Assembly (NCBI GenBank): GCA_963605535.1
Contig: CAVCXB010000003.1
Location: 19,797 to 83,796 of the forward strand
Direction: 5' to 3'
Length of the DNA stretch: 64,000 nt
Source: Wujia chipingensis
Lineage (GTDB): Bacteria > Bacillota > Clostridia > Lachnospirales > Lachnospiraceae
The position numbers and the translations under genes are program-made. The notes beneath the pieces are model-generated. The model worked only from the letters and a program-made list of their open reading frames with translations, did no database searches and had not been told where the DNA came from. This document shows, piece after piece, positions 34,614 to 44,988 of this stretch (its first letter is position 1; each line of letters begins with the position of its first letter).

Positions 34614-36341
34614 TCACAGCCTACACTGCATTGCTAGCTGTTTGATAATCTCCTTTCTGAACTCGGTGACATAATCCTTACAGAGTTTCACCTTTGCTCT
34701 CGGACAATACTTAATATACGGCTCATTCTCCGTATCGCATATGATAATGTAATTATCGTAATTGAATAACTCGAAAAGCTTCGCATAATTGCTTCGATAC
34801 TTTGCCGAATGATTATTTCGGTGTGCGTGAAGCAACATGTCTCCATCCATGAGGATAAGAACCTTATTGACTGCATTCTGCTTGAAGGTGCTCCTGATCA
34901 TCGGATCGATCTTTTCATCGACGTTACTCCCCTCATTTGGGTTATATTCTATGTTACGCTTATCGTAATACGTAGCATGCTCGCCCATGGAGATGTAATC
35001 GAAGCTGAACTTCTTGCATCTCCGTTCGCATTCACAGAGTGACATCAACAATGCTCGCACGTCACTCTTGTTGTCTTCCATTGATCCGGAAGAATCTATA
35101 ACAAGGGTGAGATGAAGCTTGGCGTACTTCATGATATCCCCTTCAACAGATTCATGGATGAACGCCCTGTAATCCTGTCGGGTTGCGAGCATTCTAGGCA
35201 TAATCTTGCCTGAATATCCAAGCCTTGCACCGGTTTCCCCCTGTAATCTAGACTCGAATTCATTGAAAATCATGATCATCTGATTCGTGTATTGCGGATC
35301 GCGATAATCATAATAATTAACAAGATCCTTTCCGAGGTTATTATTTTTGACATATCCGGAATCAATCTTCTTGGCGTCACGCTTTAGCTTTTTGACAATA
35401 TCCTTGATTGCCTGTTCACGCTCTTCGCGTGCCTTCTGCTCTTCAGTTCCACCATCCCCATCGCCGCCTTCTTCGGATGAAGGGGCTGTTGATGACTGCT
35501 GAGCTGCACTCTCTGACTGATTCGGAGAGCTCTTGGAGTCATTCGACGATCCACTGTCATTGGATTGAGAACCCTGATCCTCAGCTTCCTGACTATCCTG
35601 ATCAGTCTGATTCTGTTTTTGAGCGCTCTCGTTCTGATTCTGCTTTTGATTGCCTCCTTTCTTGCTTTGCTTTTGAGAGCTACCCTTCTGATTCTGCTGA
35701 CAATCAAAGTCTTTGCAGCACTTTTTGAATAACTCAAACACTTCTGTAATGTATCTCTGTACGGTGGTTGTTTGTGTATATCGAGCGTCGACATATTGAT
35801 ATACATCGATTATTCTAGAGACCTCATTAACAAGGTCTTTTGCTCCCCAACGATAACGGACCACCTGAAAGAAATAATCCATTGCCGAAGTCGGTTCTTT
35901 CGGATTCTTTGGATCCCATCCGGTGATCCTCATAATATTCTTCTTGAAGTTCACCTTGATGAAGGTGTTCTTCTCAAGCGTCTCAATGCGCTCATCCTCA
36001 AAGATATTGATGATATCTGTACCATTAGGGATCTTATTCGCATCCGCGATCACCTTGGCATCATGAAACATCGTCTTCGGTGTACGCAATGCATGAGACA
36101 CCTCATGAAAGAGAACGCTGCGAAGCGTCTCTTCCAGGATCGCCTGATCGGCACTGCTGACGTTCGCCATCGCCTGATGTACATTGTTCACAGCGATGAC
36201 AATCTCCCAATTCATTGGATCGAAATACGATGTAGAATTGACACCATCAGTGTCGAGGGTGACGGGGATATATTCCCCGAGATAATAACCAACATCGAGC
36301 TTATTGAACTCGCGTCGGATTGTTTCATTACTGAAGTTCAT
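34614..36341 (-). CDS. CobT-like vWA-domain protein with N-terminal HExxH metallopeptidase-like domain
   Basis: LFHEVSH, NIFEDERIE, Q/S-rich linker, MIDAS motif VIDSSGSM, ILMDG. Confidence 0.85.
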   Translation of the reverse strand: MNFSNETIRREFNKLDVGYYLGEYIPVTLDTDGVNSTSYFDPMNWEIVIAVNNVHQAMANVSSADQAILEETLRSVLFHEVSHALRTPKTMFHDAKVIADANKIPNGTDIINIFEDERIETLEKNTFIKVNFKKNIMRITGWDPKNPKEPTSAMDYFFQVVRYRWGAKDLVNEVSRIIDVYQYVDARYTQTTTVQRYITEVFELFKKCCKDFDCQQNQKGSSQKQSKKGGNQKQNQNESAQKQNQTDQDSQEAEDQGSQSNDSGSSNDSKSSPNQSESAAQQSSTAPSSEEGGDGDGGTEEQKAREEREQAIKDIVKKLKRDAKKIDSGYVKNNNLGKDLVNYYDYRDPQYTNQMIMIFNEFESRLQGETGARLGYSGKIMPRMLATRQDYRAFIHESVEGDIMKYAKLHLTLVIDSSGSMEDNKSDVRALLMSLCECERRCKKFSFDYISMGEHATYYDKRNIEYNPNEGSNVDEKIDPMIRSTFKQNAVNKVLILMDGDMLLHAHRNNHSAKYRSNYAKLFELFNYDNYIIICDTENEPYIKYCPRAKVKLCKDYVTEFRKEIIKQLAMQCRL

Positions 36342-36355
36342 ATTTTATATCCTCC

Positions 36356-36943
36356 TTAGATGCAATATTCCTTACCTTCATAAGATAAGGAATATATTTT
36401 CAACAAAGACAATGGAAACGTGTAGTGCGCTCCATCTTTACTACTCTTCTTGATCGGCGAAGGAAGATGCGAGGCCGGTAACTCGTTGCGATTCGGATCA
36501 ATATACTTCGTCTTGATCTCGAGGCCACGCTCAATTGCGTAGTCAAGATCCACGGCCAAGAATTTCTCGCCCGTCTTCGTATTCAACAGGGCTATTTCCC
36601 CTGATTTTTTGAATACATTAAGGGGCTTCTTTTCCGGAAGCCCCAACATCATAGTCAGCTCAGAGATCGATTTGGCTGAATTGAGAATTTCTCGCATCTC
36701 CTTCACACCTTCCTCAATCACTTTATCAACAAGATCCTGATGTTCATCAAGAAACTTGTTGATGAAAAACTCCTTGGAATCATTATCGGTTCCAAGGAGT
36801 ACATCGGCTTCGACAACCTTCAAATAGCCTTTGATGGACGTGTCTTCCATCGAAAGGCTATTATACCACACGATATGAACCGGTTTGCCCGGAACATATC
36901 GTGTCTCCAGCTCGTCTAAACAGGCTATTGTAAAGATACCCAT
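36356..36943 (-). CDS. hypothetical protein
   Basis: AAAGGAGG SD, between AAA and vWA genes. Confidence 0.8.
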   Translation of the reverse strand: MGIFTIACLDELETRYVPGKPVHIVWYNSLSMEDTSIKGYLKVVEADVLLGTDNDSKEFFINKFLDEHQDLVDKVIEEGVKEMREILNSAKSISELTMMLGLPEKKPLNVFKKSGEIALLNTKTGEKFLAVDLDYAIERGLEIKTKYIDPNRNELPASHLPSPIKKSSKDGAHYTFPLSLLKIYSLSYEGKEYCI

Positions 36944-36964
36944 AATTGCATCCTCCTTTCTTTG

Positions 36965-38275
36965 CTACTCGAAATCATAACTGACGTCGTAGCAGTCGTC
37001 GGTTATGTCAAACCTACGGATATCGTAGGCTCGATCAACTAATGCCTCAGGCAATGGATTGATATGCCCGTTGACTTTGAGGTTCATCGTTCCAATGATC
37101 TCGAAGCCCGGATGGATATCGATCTTCTGGTTGTTATACCAGATGCAGTCCTTGTTGTCTAACAAGTTCTGCAAGAAGCATAACGACACTTGCGGCAATA
37201 GTCTAATCTCCTCAAACACGATCTTGTACCCGAGCTTCAGCGCTTGGGTCAACAGGGTGTCATGGAACTCCGCCTCCCCTGATTGGAAGTCGAACTCCCT
37301 CATCAGTACATCAGGCGTGACGTCCGACGAACACGGATACACATACTCCTTATTCGTCAATTCGCTGACGGCTTGATACGTCTTCCCTCCTGATGGGTCT
37401 CCATAATACAGCTTCAATCGTTTATTGATTGGGGTTGCATTCAACCCGAATGTCGATAACAGATCAAAGAGTGCATTCTTGAATTCATCACCATCCAATT
37501 TAGGAATGATGATGTCCTTCATCGGATGGTCCGTCAATTCGAATACTCCGATGAGGTATCGTCTTGTTCCGAACCATCCGTATTGTTGTCCGATACGGAG
37601 AGACGCATCAAAGATACGTCTAGACAACACATAGTCGGCGTCTTTGAAGACGTCGCAATACCTCATTCTGGCTTTCACCAGATCATTCCTCTGAGTTTGA
37701 GGAATCTTCAATTTAAAATACGGCTCTATCGGACCGGCTGTGAAGGATCCCCATACCGACTTCTTATAGTCAGACAATGTCATGCCGTGGGGCATGGCAT
37801 TATTGGTCTTAGAAGACGTTGTTGCTGTTGCTGCCGTCTGAGCCTGAACAGTAGCTGCCTTTCTGGTCTTCACAGCCTTGACGTAATCCCTCATGTAATC
37901 AAGGATTGCGTCTTCATCAAGCGGAGTTCCACTCCGCTTTGCATCCTCAATCTTCAAGAATGCTTGAATGATGATCGTTCCTTCATCCCAATGAAGGCAA
38001 CGATTGTTGGGATCTTTTCCGATGAAAGATTTATATTGGAGGATTTGCTTTCCTCCAATATCATCCTCATCGGCATCATCAAGCATACTCCAATTGGAGT
38101 ATACTTGAAGCGCACCGCAGTCGAATGCGGCTTTAAGGTCAGCGCATGCGCTGACCTCATCTGCGGTGAAGGTCTGCAGTAGACCTACCGACTGGCTAAA
38201 GGAATATCCTTTAGCCATTGAAATAATCGATAAATCTGAAGTTTTTGTTATTTTTAATTTTTGAATATAGGGCAT
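36965..38275 (-). CDS. MoxR/CbbQ/CobS-like AAA+ ATPase
   Basis: Walker A GDPSGGKT, Walker B IVFEE, IHPGFEIIGTMN, LPEALVDR; start 38275. Confidence 0.85.
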   Translation of the reverse strand: MPYIQKLKITKTSDLSIISMAKGYSFSQSVGLLQTFTADEVSACADLKAAFDCGALQVYSNWSMLDDADEDDIGGKQILQYKSFIGKDPNNRCLHWDEGTIIIQAFLKIEDAKRSGTPLDEDAILDYMRDYVKAVKTRKAATVQAQTAATATTSSKTNNAMPHGMTLSDYKKSVWGSFTAGPIEPYFKLKIPQTQRNDLVKARMRYCDVFKDADYVLSRRIFDASLRIGQQYGWFGTRRYLIGVFELTDHPMKDIIIPKLDGDEFKNALFDLLSTFGLNATPINKRLKLYYGDPSGGKTYQAVSELTNKEYVYPCSSDVTPDVLMREFDFQSGEAEFHDTLLTQALKLGYKIVFEEIRLLPQVSLCFLQNLLDNKDCIWYNNQKIDIHPGFEIIGTMNLKVNGHINPLPEALVDRAYDIRRFDITDDCYDVSYDFE

Positions 38276-38447
38276 TTTTATTTTCCTTTCATTGTTACAT
38301 CCCTTCCCATCCCATCCCATCCCTTCCCGAATATTTAGCCTCCTTTCTGAAGTGTTCACACACTTCTAACACTTAACAAGTGCTTGCTGAGTGTTAGAAA
38401 TCCATGAACATGAAAGGGTGAGGAGCAATCCTCACCCTCAACATTCA

Positions 38448-39269
38448 CTACTCGGATTCTTCGTCAGGTTTTACCCTGACGAAATCCAAATCGATCGCTA
38501 CTCGCCACTGTAGCGATCCTGTGTCTTCCAACGACGAAAGATTTTCTTTCGTCCATTTCTTCAGCAGCTTGCTGCTGCCGGAGAATATGTGCTGGCAGTA
38601 ACGATTGGTTGGATCGTATACTGCCGGAATATCATCGACGGAGCTTAGATGCTCCGTTCCGGCAATCTTCTTTGACATCTCCTGATACAACGCCGTATCA
38701 TTGGCGTTGTATGCCATATTCATCTTATCAACCGCAGAATTGTATTCCGCGGTGATTTTGTTGAAGAGGTGCTGGCGCGCCTCTTCATATAGACTCTGAA
38801 ACGAGTCTAATGATAGGACATACGGCTCATATCTAAGGGTTGCCCTATAGATATGATTCGTATCGTCTTTCAAATCCCACAGCTGATCCACGATTAGCTG
38901 TGGATTGTCGCCGAGGCGCTTAGTGTAGCAGCCTCGGTTGTTTGTGGACCATTGTCCACCGGCGCAAGTGGCTTTCTCACTTGCGCCTTTCGTATGGTCA
39001 TATATAATGAACTCTCTTATGACCATATTTTGACTTTCGCAGAAGTCAATTGCTTGCTCCGCGATTGTCGACTCTTCGTTATTCACAAATTCAACGAAGA
39101 GTCTCTCATCCATGAACTTAGAGACGGTATGGCCGTCTCTGTTCATGATTATATACTCCTTCTTCGGGTTGCCACCCGAATTAATTATTGGGTTATACCA
39201 ATATGCATAACCCTCGAATTTTTTGGATAAAGTATATTGCTGAAATATACAATTTTTTAATTTTGGCAT
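38448..39269 (-). CDS. hypothetical protein
   Basis: start MPKLK at 39269 after AAAGGA. Confidence 0.8.
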   Translation of the reverse strand: MPKLKNCIFQQYTLSKKFEGYAYWYNPIINSGGNPKKEYIIMNRDGHTVSKFMDERLFVEFVNNEESTIAEQAIDFCESQNMVIREFIIYDHTKGASEKATCAGGQWSTNNRGCYTKRLGDNPQLIVDQLWDLKDDTNHIYRATLRYEPYVLSLDSFQSLYEEARQHLFNKITAEYNSAVDKMNMAYNANDTALYQEMSKKIAGTEHLSSVDDIPAVYDPTNRYCQHIFSGSSKLLKKWTKENLSSLEDTGSLQWRVAIDLDFVRVKPDEESE

Positions 39270-39345
39270 ATTTATATCCTTTCTATATTTGCCACGTCCC
39301 ATCCCTTCTAATATTAACCTCCTTTCTACACTTTTAAAGGGCGCC

Positions 39346-39696
39346 TTACTCTTTCTTGTAAGGCGTCATCAACAGACCTTCACAAACATACGAATGGCCT
39401 AATTTCTTAGGTCTATCCGGTGAAGCAAGATCATCTCGTTTCATGTTTAAGGCAAGTGTTGCCTTAACTACCTCCGATGAAACGAGGTAAACGACTCCAT
39501 CTTCTTTTGGAGGAAGATTTAAAATGGCCATCGGAGTTTGCCATTTAATCGTGATTCCCGATTCGAGAATCACCGAATTTGTATCAAAAACAACCCGGCA
39601 AGAATTCACCGGATTGATCGACAACGGATCGATTGTCTTAATCGATCCAAACGACTTTATGCTCACCGGATGTGAGCATAGATTTTTAATCTTCAT
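39346..39696 (-). CDS. hypothetical phage protein
   Basis: NLCSHPV...NLPPKEDGVVYLVS...RDDLASP pattern recurrent in phage proteins. Confidence 0.75.
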   Translation of the reverse strand: MKIKNLCSHPVSIKSFGSIKTIDPLSINPVNSCRVVFDTNSVILESGITIKWQTPMAILNLPPKEDGVVYLVSSEVVKATLALNMKRDDLASPDRPKKLGHSYVCEGLLMTPYKKE

Positions 39697-39769
39697 TTTA
39701 TTTTCCTTTCTATTATTCGTCTCATCCCGTCTCTTCTCGTATATTTAGCCTCCTTTTTAACGGGCTCTT

Positions 39770-39948
39770 GGGCGCCTCAGCGCCCTCCACCCACCTAAGC
39801 TTATGAGACTTAGGATTTTTCATGGGTATCCTTAATGGGTGACACCCATTCTAGGCAGCCCAGAGTGTATGGGATTCAGATCCCACACCTCTCTAGGCAG
39901 CCTACAGCGGTTTATGATTTAAGGCATACTATACGGTAGCATGCCTTA
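39770..39948 (-). other. cluster of six consecutive hairpins (structured leader or ncRNA candidate)
   Basis: stems at 39770-85, 39794-814, 39834-50, 39870-85, 39894-904, 39920-48. Confidence 0.55.
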
Positions 39949-40129
39949 CCCAATCAGCGCCCGCCATATATGACTAAAAAATTTCCACGGTATGTTTACT
40001 TTTGGTTACCATTTGGTAAAATTTTCCGCACAGAAAATTCCATCTGTGTTTACTTTTGGAATATCAAATTTATTTTTCCCGCACGCATTCCTATTATGTA
40101 TAATATATGCAGAAGGAAGATCACGAACT

Positions 40130-40750
40130 ATGAAAACATATTACATCAAGGCTGACACCATGAAGGACGCCATCGACAAGTACAAGGCTCTCCGCAGCAA
40201 GGCCGATCGCCATGACGACGATGAGGACATCAGATCCGCGCTGAGCGCATCGGACTGGGATGATGCGGAGGACTATTCCGCCGAATCCTCGGCTGACGCG
40301 CGAGGAACGGATGTCGAGGAAGCTGACTGGGATGGATCGGATGATGCGTCCGGCGTTGAGGATGACGACGGCATCGACATCACCCCTGTTGACGAGGACG
40401 GCAATGACATCGAGCCGGAAGGCGATGATGAGATCCATGAGGATGGCGAGCCCGAGGAGCCGGAGGAGGACGAAAGACCGAAGCCGGAGAAGAACCCGAG
40501 AGTCGACGAGCTCTGCGAGGCCATCATGGGCAACGAGCAGTTCGAGTGCGAGAGCGCAGTCGTCGTAGGACCGAACAAGGTCGAATGCGTCGGAGGCGTC
40601 ATGACGAGCGACTGCCCGGAAGGCACGAAGTGGTATGCCGTCATCGACAGCGACGGAAGCGTCATGACGTACGTGGACTGTGACGGCATGATGAAGGACT
40701 TCGCCGTGTATACGCCGGAAGAGGCCGAGAAGCAGTTCTTCGGAAAGTAA
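40130..40750 (+). CDS. highly acidic hypothetical protein
   Basis: ATG 40130 after AAGGAAG and TG-TATAAT; long D/E tract. Confidence 0.8.
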   Translation: MKTYYIKADTMKDAIDKYKALRSKADRHDDDEDIRSALSASDWDDAEDYSAESSADARGTDVEEADWDGSDDASGVEDDDGIDITPVDEDGNDIEPEGDDEIHEDGEPEEPEEDERPKPEKNPRVDELCEAIMGNEQFECESAVVVGPNKVECVGGVMTSDCPEGTKWYAVIDSDGSVMTYVDCDGMMKDFAVYTPEEAEKQFFGK

Positions 40751-40756
40751 ATCATG

Positions 40757-40787
40757 AGGCGCCCATAGGGCGCCTATTTTTTTTTTT
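40757..40787 (+). terminator. intrinsic terminator
   Basis: AGGCGCCC-ATA-GGGCGCCT then T-tract. Confidence 0.9.
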
Positions 40788-40894
40788 GCGCGCATCGGGG
40801 AGGAGCATGTTTACTTTTGGGAATGGAAAAAATAAAACGGGCGGGAGGGTCATGATGTTATATAATAAGATAAGATATAGAGGTATCATGCGAT

Positions 40895-43603
40895 ATGAAC
40901 ATATACAGAGTTGTGATAAATGACGACAAGGCGAAAAGCGTTCCAGCCGGAACGGGCTTTGAGGAATTGGTCAAGGGATACAATGAGATTCCAGGAAACG
41001 AGAAGCTGGACGATTCCGTCGTGAGGGCCATCAGGAAGTATCTCGGCGAATACAGGGCGGAGGATGAGTATCCGTATGAATTCATCGAGAAGAACAAGGA
41101 CGTCTATGACACCGTCATCTTCAAGTGGCTGGATGATGTCGAGCTCTTCAGACGCTACGTCGATACTGCGCTGGACAGATCAGACGCCATCCGAGTGAGA
41201 ATCGATGAGCTTTATCGGACGCTGAACGAGGATGTCTATCCGAAGAGCTACATCAAGCTCAAGAGGAAGCTGGCCCCGCTGTACAATGGAAAGCTCAGAA
41301 AGATCATGAACGGCGAAATCGACAGCGACGGCATCAGGATTCCCGTCGAGCTGATGGACAGGGTTGCATCGTACACGATAAGAATCTACACCCTCACCAT
41401 CGACAGATTCCATAAGGGCAAGGACGGCAGCGGAGTAAGATTCGAGCGCAATGTCCCGATGTTCACCACGCCGATGGACGCGAAGAGACAGATTGAGAGC
41501 ATCCTCGCCGCACACGGCATCCAGACCAACACCGGCGGATCCAACAGGATCGATACGAGCGGCAAGTTCGACATCGACAAGGCGGGAAACAGAGTCGAGA
41601 AGAAGGTCAAGTACAACCTGGTGTTCTCGGAGCCGAGGGAAGGCAGGTTCGCTCCGCCGGATGCGGATGCCGTCCTCGACATCAACGTCATATCTCCGAT
41701 AGACGACGAATCGGAGCTCGGATCGAAGATGGATGAGCATCGGGATGCCGCATACAGGGCGGCAAAGACGATTGCGCGGTTCCTGCGCAGCGACATCAAG
41801 GACATGTTCAAGTCTGCGGTCAGCACTGACAGATACGGCAATGTCTATGCGTACCATCTGGATATGAGGCTGATCAATTATGACAGTCTCCACGGACGCG
41901 ACATCGTGAAGGAAGACGGCTTCAGCAATGACAACTACGCCTACAGCAGATATGGCAGTGGCGACAGCAAATACGGTGGCAGCGGATCCAATGACCAGAG
42001 CGGCGGACTGACCGGAGGCGAGAACACACCGAAACTGTCGGATCTCGGCGCATGGTTCGTGGCCGCGTACGATGAGAGCCAGCTCAATGCCATGATGGAT
42101 GCCATCGGGAAAATCAATGAGGGCCTGGGAAACGGCACCTACTACAGTGCCTCGAACAGCGGAATAACGAATGAGACGGTCAAGGATCGCGGCACATCAT
42201 CCAATGATCCGGTATACGATGCGAACACGAAGGCGGGAATCGCATTCGAGAACTGCCTCACCAAATACAGATGCGTCCATGACAACAGGAAATACCGTCT
42301 TGACGCAAAGAATCAGCAGAGCAGGGATGTCGGAGAAGCCAAAGTCACGACATACATGATCCCTCTGAATAAGCTCTACACCGGAAAAGTCATGTTCGCC
42401 GAGAAGGAAGGCGACATCCCGTATGAGACATCGCTGCCAAAACTGATCAACAAATACCTGCTGGACAATTCAGCCGGCCCATGGAAAGTATACCGAACCA
42501 TGACTGCGATGAATGCGGACATGACTGCCAAGCATATGAAGGGCAAAGGCGTCAAGCCGTTCTCATACGATGATTACGGCCTGAAGACCGACGGATACGA
42601 CACGCAGGCGATGAACTGGGATGACAGGCAGTCATCGGAGTTCGACAAAGCATTGGACGATCTGATGAGCGGCAAAGCCAAGTTCGATCCGAATAAGGCC
42701 TATGAGAACAACCCGATCATCAGGCTCCATGCCGGAAACGCCACCCTGGCCGAGAAGCACGGATTCAACTATGCGTTTGTCGTCACGTTCACGCCCGTTG
42801 CCGATGCCAATCTCGATGATTCCGGCGATCTCCGAAAGCTGCACCGTGAGATACGCGAGGCGATCGACGCGGCTATGCTGGAGAATATCGTTGAGTATGT
42901 GCAGTACATCAGCGATCAGAAGGCCTGCTATGGATATGATGAGATTGCGGTCATCTCATTCAATTACCGCATAAAGGAAAACTACAAAGGCAAAAAGGAC
43001 TACATGGAATGGCTGAATGAGATCAAGGACGGCTTCATGACGAAGCTGTATCAGACATGCCTGAATCATGAGGCGCACGGGTCAGACATCATGACTTACG
43101 ACAAGGTCGATTCGTATGTGACCGAATTGGTGAGACCCGCCTATAATGAAGAGTTCGATGCGCTGAAGAAGAGATACAATGAGCCTCTGACAGAAGAAGA
43201 GGGGGAGCAGGCCAAGCCAGAGACGGCGGAAAACAGAAAAGCCGTTCCATCAGAGGTTCCCGCGCCAAAGCAGGAGAGGGTCTCAACCATGCCGAAATCA
43301 TATGACATCGTCATAACGATCATCGATCCCGATGGATCCAATTACGACTTCATCAACGGATTCGTCAATGGCTATCTCGATTCCCATCTGGATGGCTTCG
43401 ATGTATCCGATGCATCATGGAACACCACCCTGGATGCATATCATGTGACAGCCGTGGCGAAAACGGCGCAGAGCACATTGGATGCGAAGGCAATCAGCCT
43501 CGACGCCATGAGGCGATCCATATGCGATGCCGCCATGAATGAATGGGGGTTCGATGACGGAGTCGCAGAACTCATTTCCAGAGTGGATGTAAAGGAGAAG
43601 TGA
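40895..43603 (+). CDS. large hypothetical protein (possible virion protein)
   Basis: 902-aa ORF with GAGG SD upstream of portal. Confidence 0.85.
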   Translation: MNIYRVVINDDKAKSVPAGTGFEELVKGYNEIPGNEKLDDSVVRAIRKYLGEYRAEDEYPYEFIEKNKDVYDTVIFKWLDDVELFRRYVDTALDRSDAIRVRIDELYRTLNEDVYPKSYIKLKRKLAPLYNGKLRKIMNGEIDSDGIRIPVELMDRVASYTIRIYTLTIDRFHKGKDGSGVRFERNVPMFTTPMDAKRQIESILAAHGIQTNTGGSNRIDTSGKFDIDKAGNRVEKKVKYNLVFSEPREGRFAPPDADAVLDINVISPIDDESELGSKMDEHRDAAYRAAKTIARFLRSDIKDMFKSAVSTDRYGNVYAYHLDMRLINYDSLHGRDIVKEDGFSNDNYAYSRYGSGDSKYGGSGSNDQSGGLTGGENTPKLSDLGAWFVAAYDESQLNAMMDAIGKINEGLGNGTYYSASNSGITNETVKDRGTSSNDPVYDANTKAGIAFENCLTKYRCVHDNRKYRLDAKNQQSRDVGEAKVTTYMIPLNKLYTGKVMFAEKEGDIPYETSLPKLINKYLLDNSAGPWKVYRTMTAMNADMTAKHMKGKGVKPFSYDDYGLKTDGYDTQAMNWDDRQSSEFDKALDDLMSGKAKFDPNKAYENNPIIRLHAGNATLAEKHGFNYAFVVTFTPVADANLDDSGDLRKLHREIREAIDAAMLENIVEYVQYISDQKACYGYDEIAVISFNYRIKENYKGKKDYMEWLNEIKDGFMTKLYQTCLNHEAHGSDIMTYDKVDSYVTELVRPAYNEEFDALKKRYNEPLTEEEGEQAKPETAENRKAVPSEVPAPKQERVSTMPKSYDIVITIIDPDGSNYDFINGFVNGYLDSHLDGFDVSDASWNTTLDAYHVTAVAKTAQSTLDAKAISLDAMRRSICDAAMNEWGFDDGVAELISRVDVKEK

Positions 43604-44916
43604 TCATGCCCGAAATAAGACTCAACCTTGACGAGCCGAGATTCGACAAGGTCAACTTCTATCGATATGCCGTATGCGTCGTGCGGATGAGCTCATCGGA
43701 TTTCTTCGATGGGCTCCGCGCCGGCAGTCTCTCCTTCAGCGGATTGGATATATCAAAGGCTTTCCGTGAATTCGACGATGATGCGTACATCGCCAATCAG
43801 CGGTTTGAGCCTGCGGACAAGATAATCAATGCGACGAATCCTGTGCGCAAAGGCGAGTTCATAGGATACATCTATGGGAAGCATGTCGCCGGAAAGTCTG
43901 GCATACCAATCAACAGCGTCAATGGCGGATACGGCAATGGAGCGCCTGTCGCACAGTTCATATGGTGCGATCGGGGAAACCTCGATTCAGAGAAATTCAA
44001 GGTGAACCAGAGCTATCAGGCATATGACGGCAACGCGGATTCCGTGAGCCTTGTGACGAAGCTTGCGTTCTTCGGACCGAAACCGGCAGCCCAGAAGGTT
44101 GCGGACAAGACACTGAGACAGACTCTCGGACTGTCGTATGACACTGCATCGCTCGATCATGTCGAGACAATCAATATGTACAGGCCGAAGGAGAATGCAA
44201 AGCCGTCCGAGGCCAAGGAGGCGCCCGAATCGGAGCATTCGGATGAATACTTTGAAGTGATGGCTGAAAGAATGAACGTGGCTGAGCAGGTTGTCTGTGC
44301 GTATTCGTACGGAAACAATGCGAAGAATTTCGCATTGGATAAGAATAGGAACAAACAGTATGACATATGTGATAACCTCGGAGTGATTGAATGGAATAAG
44401 GCCCGTCCGTCCGTGCGTCCGTCAATTCCAGGCAATGCAAGATTCTACGTATTGATGGGCATCGATGATTTGTCACTGTTCCTCAAATCACTGTATCTCA
44501 AAGCTCCGTATGCCGGGCCGGATGCGATAAAGACGGCTGACGACATCATAAAAGACGGAAAGACATATGATGTGACATCTGCGAACATAAGATTCCGGAC
44601 GGATGAACAGTTCGTCAAGGAACTTGGGAACAAGAGATTCACGGGATACAATGCTGCGCCATACATCAAATATAATCCGGCGAGCAAATCCATCCATCCA
44701 ATCATAACGACGCACCTATCGGATGTGACGAATCTGTTCACGCCCATGAACAGATACATGACTGCCACCGAATTCACGGATAAGACTTTGAAGAACGCGG
44801 GCATCGATACCTTCAAAAAACTGGTTGATTACGTCCTGTTGAATGTGATTGCTGGCGGAATGAGCCTCAAAGGCATATATTATGCCTCCGGGGGAAACAT
44901 CATCAAATTGAAATAA
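43600..44916 (+). CDS. hypothetical protein
   Basis: AAAGGAG SD, coupled to upstream gene. Confidence 0.85.
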   Translation: MIMPEIRLNLDEPRFDKVNFYRYAVCVVRMSSSDFFDGLRAGSLSFSGLDISKAFREFDDDAYIANQRFEPADKIINATNPVRKGEFIGYIYGKHVAGKSGIPINSVNGGYGNGAPVAQFIWCDRGNLDSEKFKVNQSYQAYDGNADSVSLVTKLAFFGPKPAAQKVADKTLRQTLGLSYDTASLDHVETINMYRPKENAKPSEAKEAPESEHSDEYFEVMAERMNVAEQVVCAYSYGNNAKNFALDKNRNKQYDICDNLGVIEWNKARPSVRPSIPGNARFYVLMGIDDLSLFLKSLYLKAPYAGPDAIKTADDIIKDGKTYDVTSANIRFRTDEQFVKELGNKRFTGYNAAPYIKYNPASKSIHPIITTHLSDVTNLFTPMNRYMTATEFTDKTLKNAGIDTFKKLVDYVLLNVIAGGMSLKGIYYASGGNIIKLK

Positions 44917-44942
44917 CTATCGAAAGATAGTTATTTTATTTG
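44911..44942 (+). terminator. intrinsic terminator
   Basis: AAATAACTATC-GAAA-GATAGTTATTT then T-rich. Confidence 0.7.
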
Positions 44943-44988
44943 GTTTATGCCGGATTTCAATTATAATTATTGTATAGGATAATCGGAT

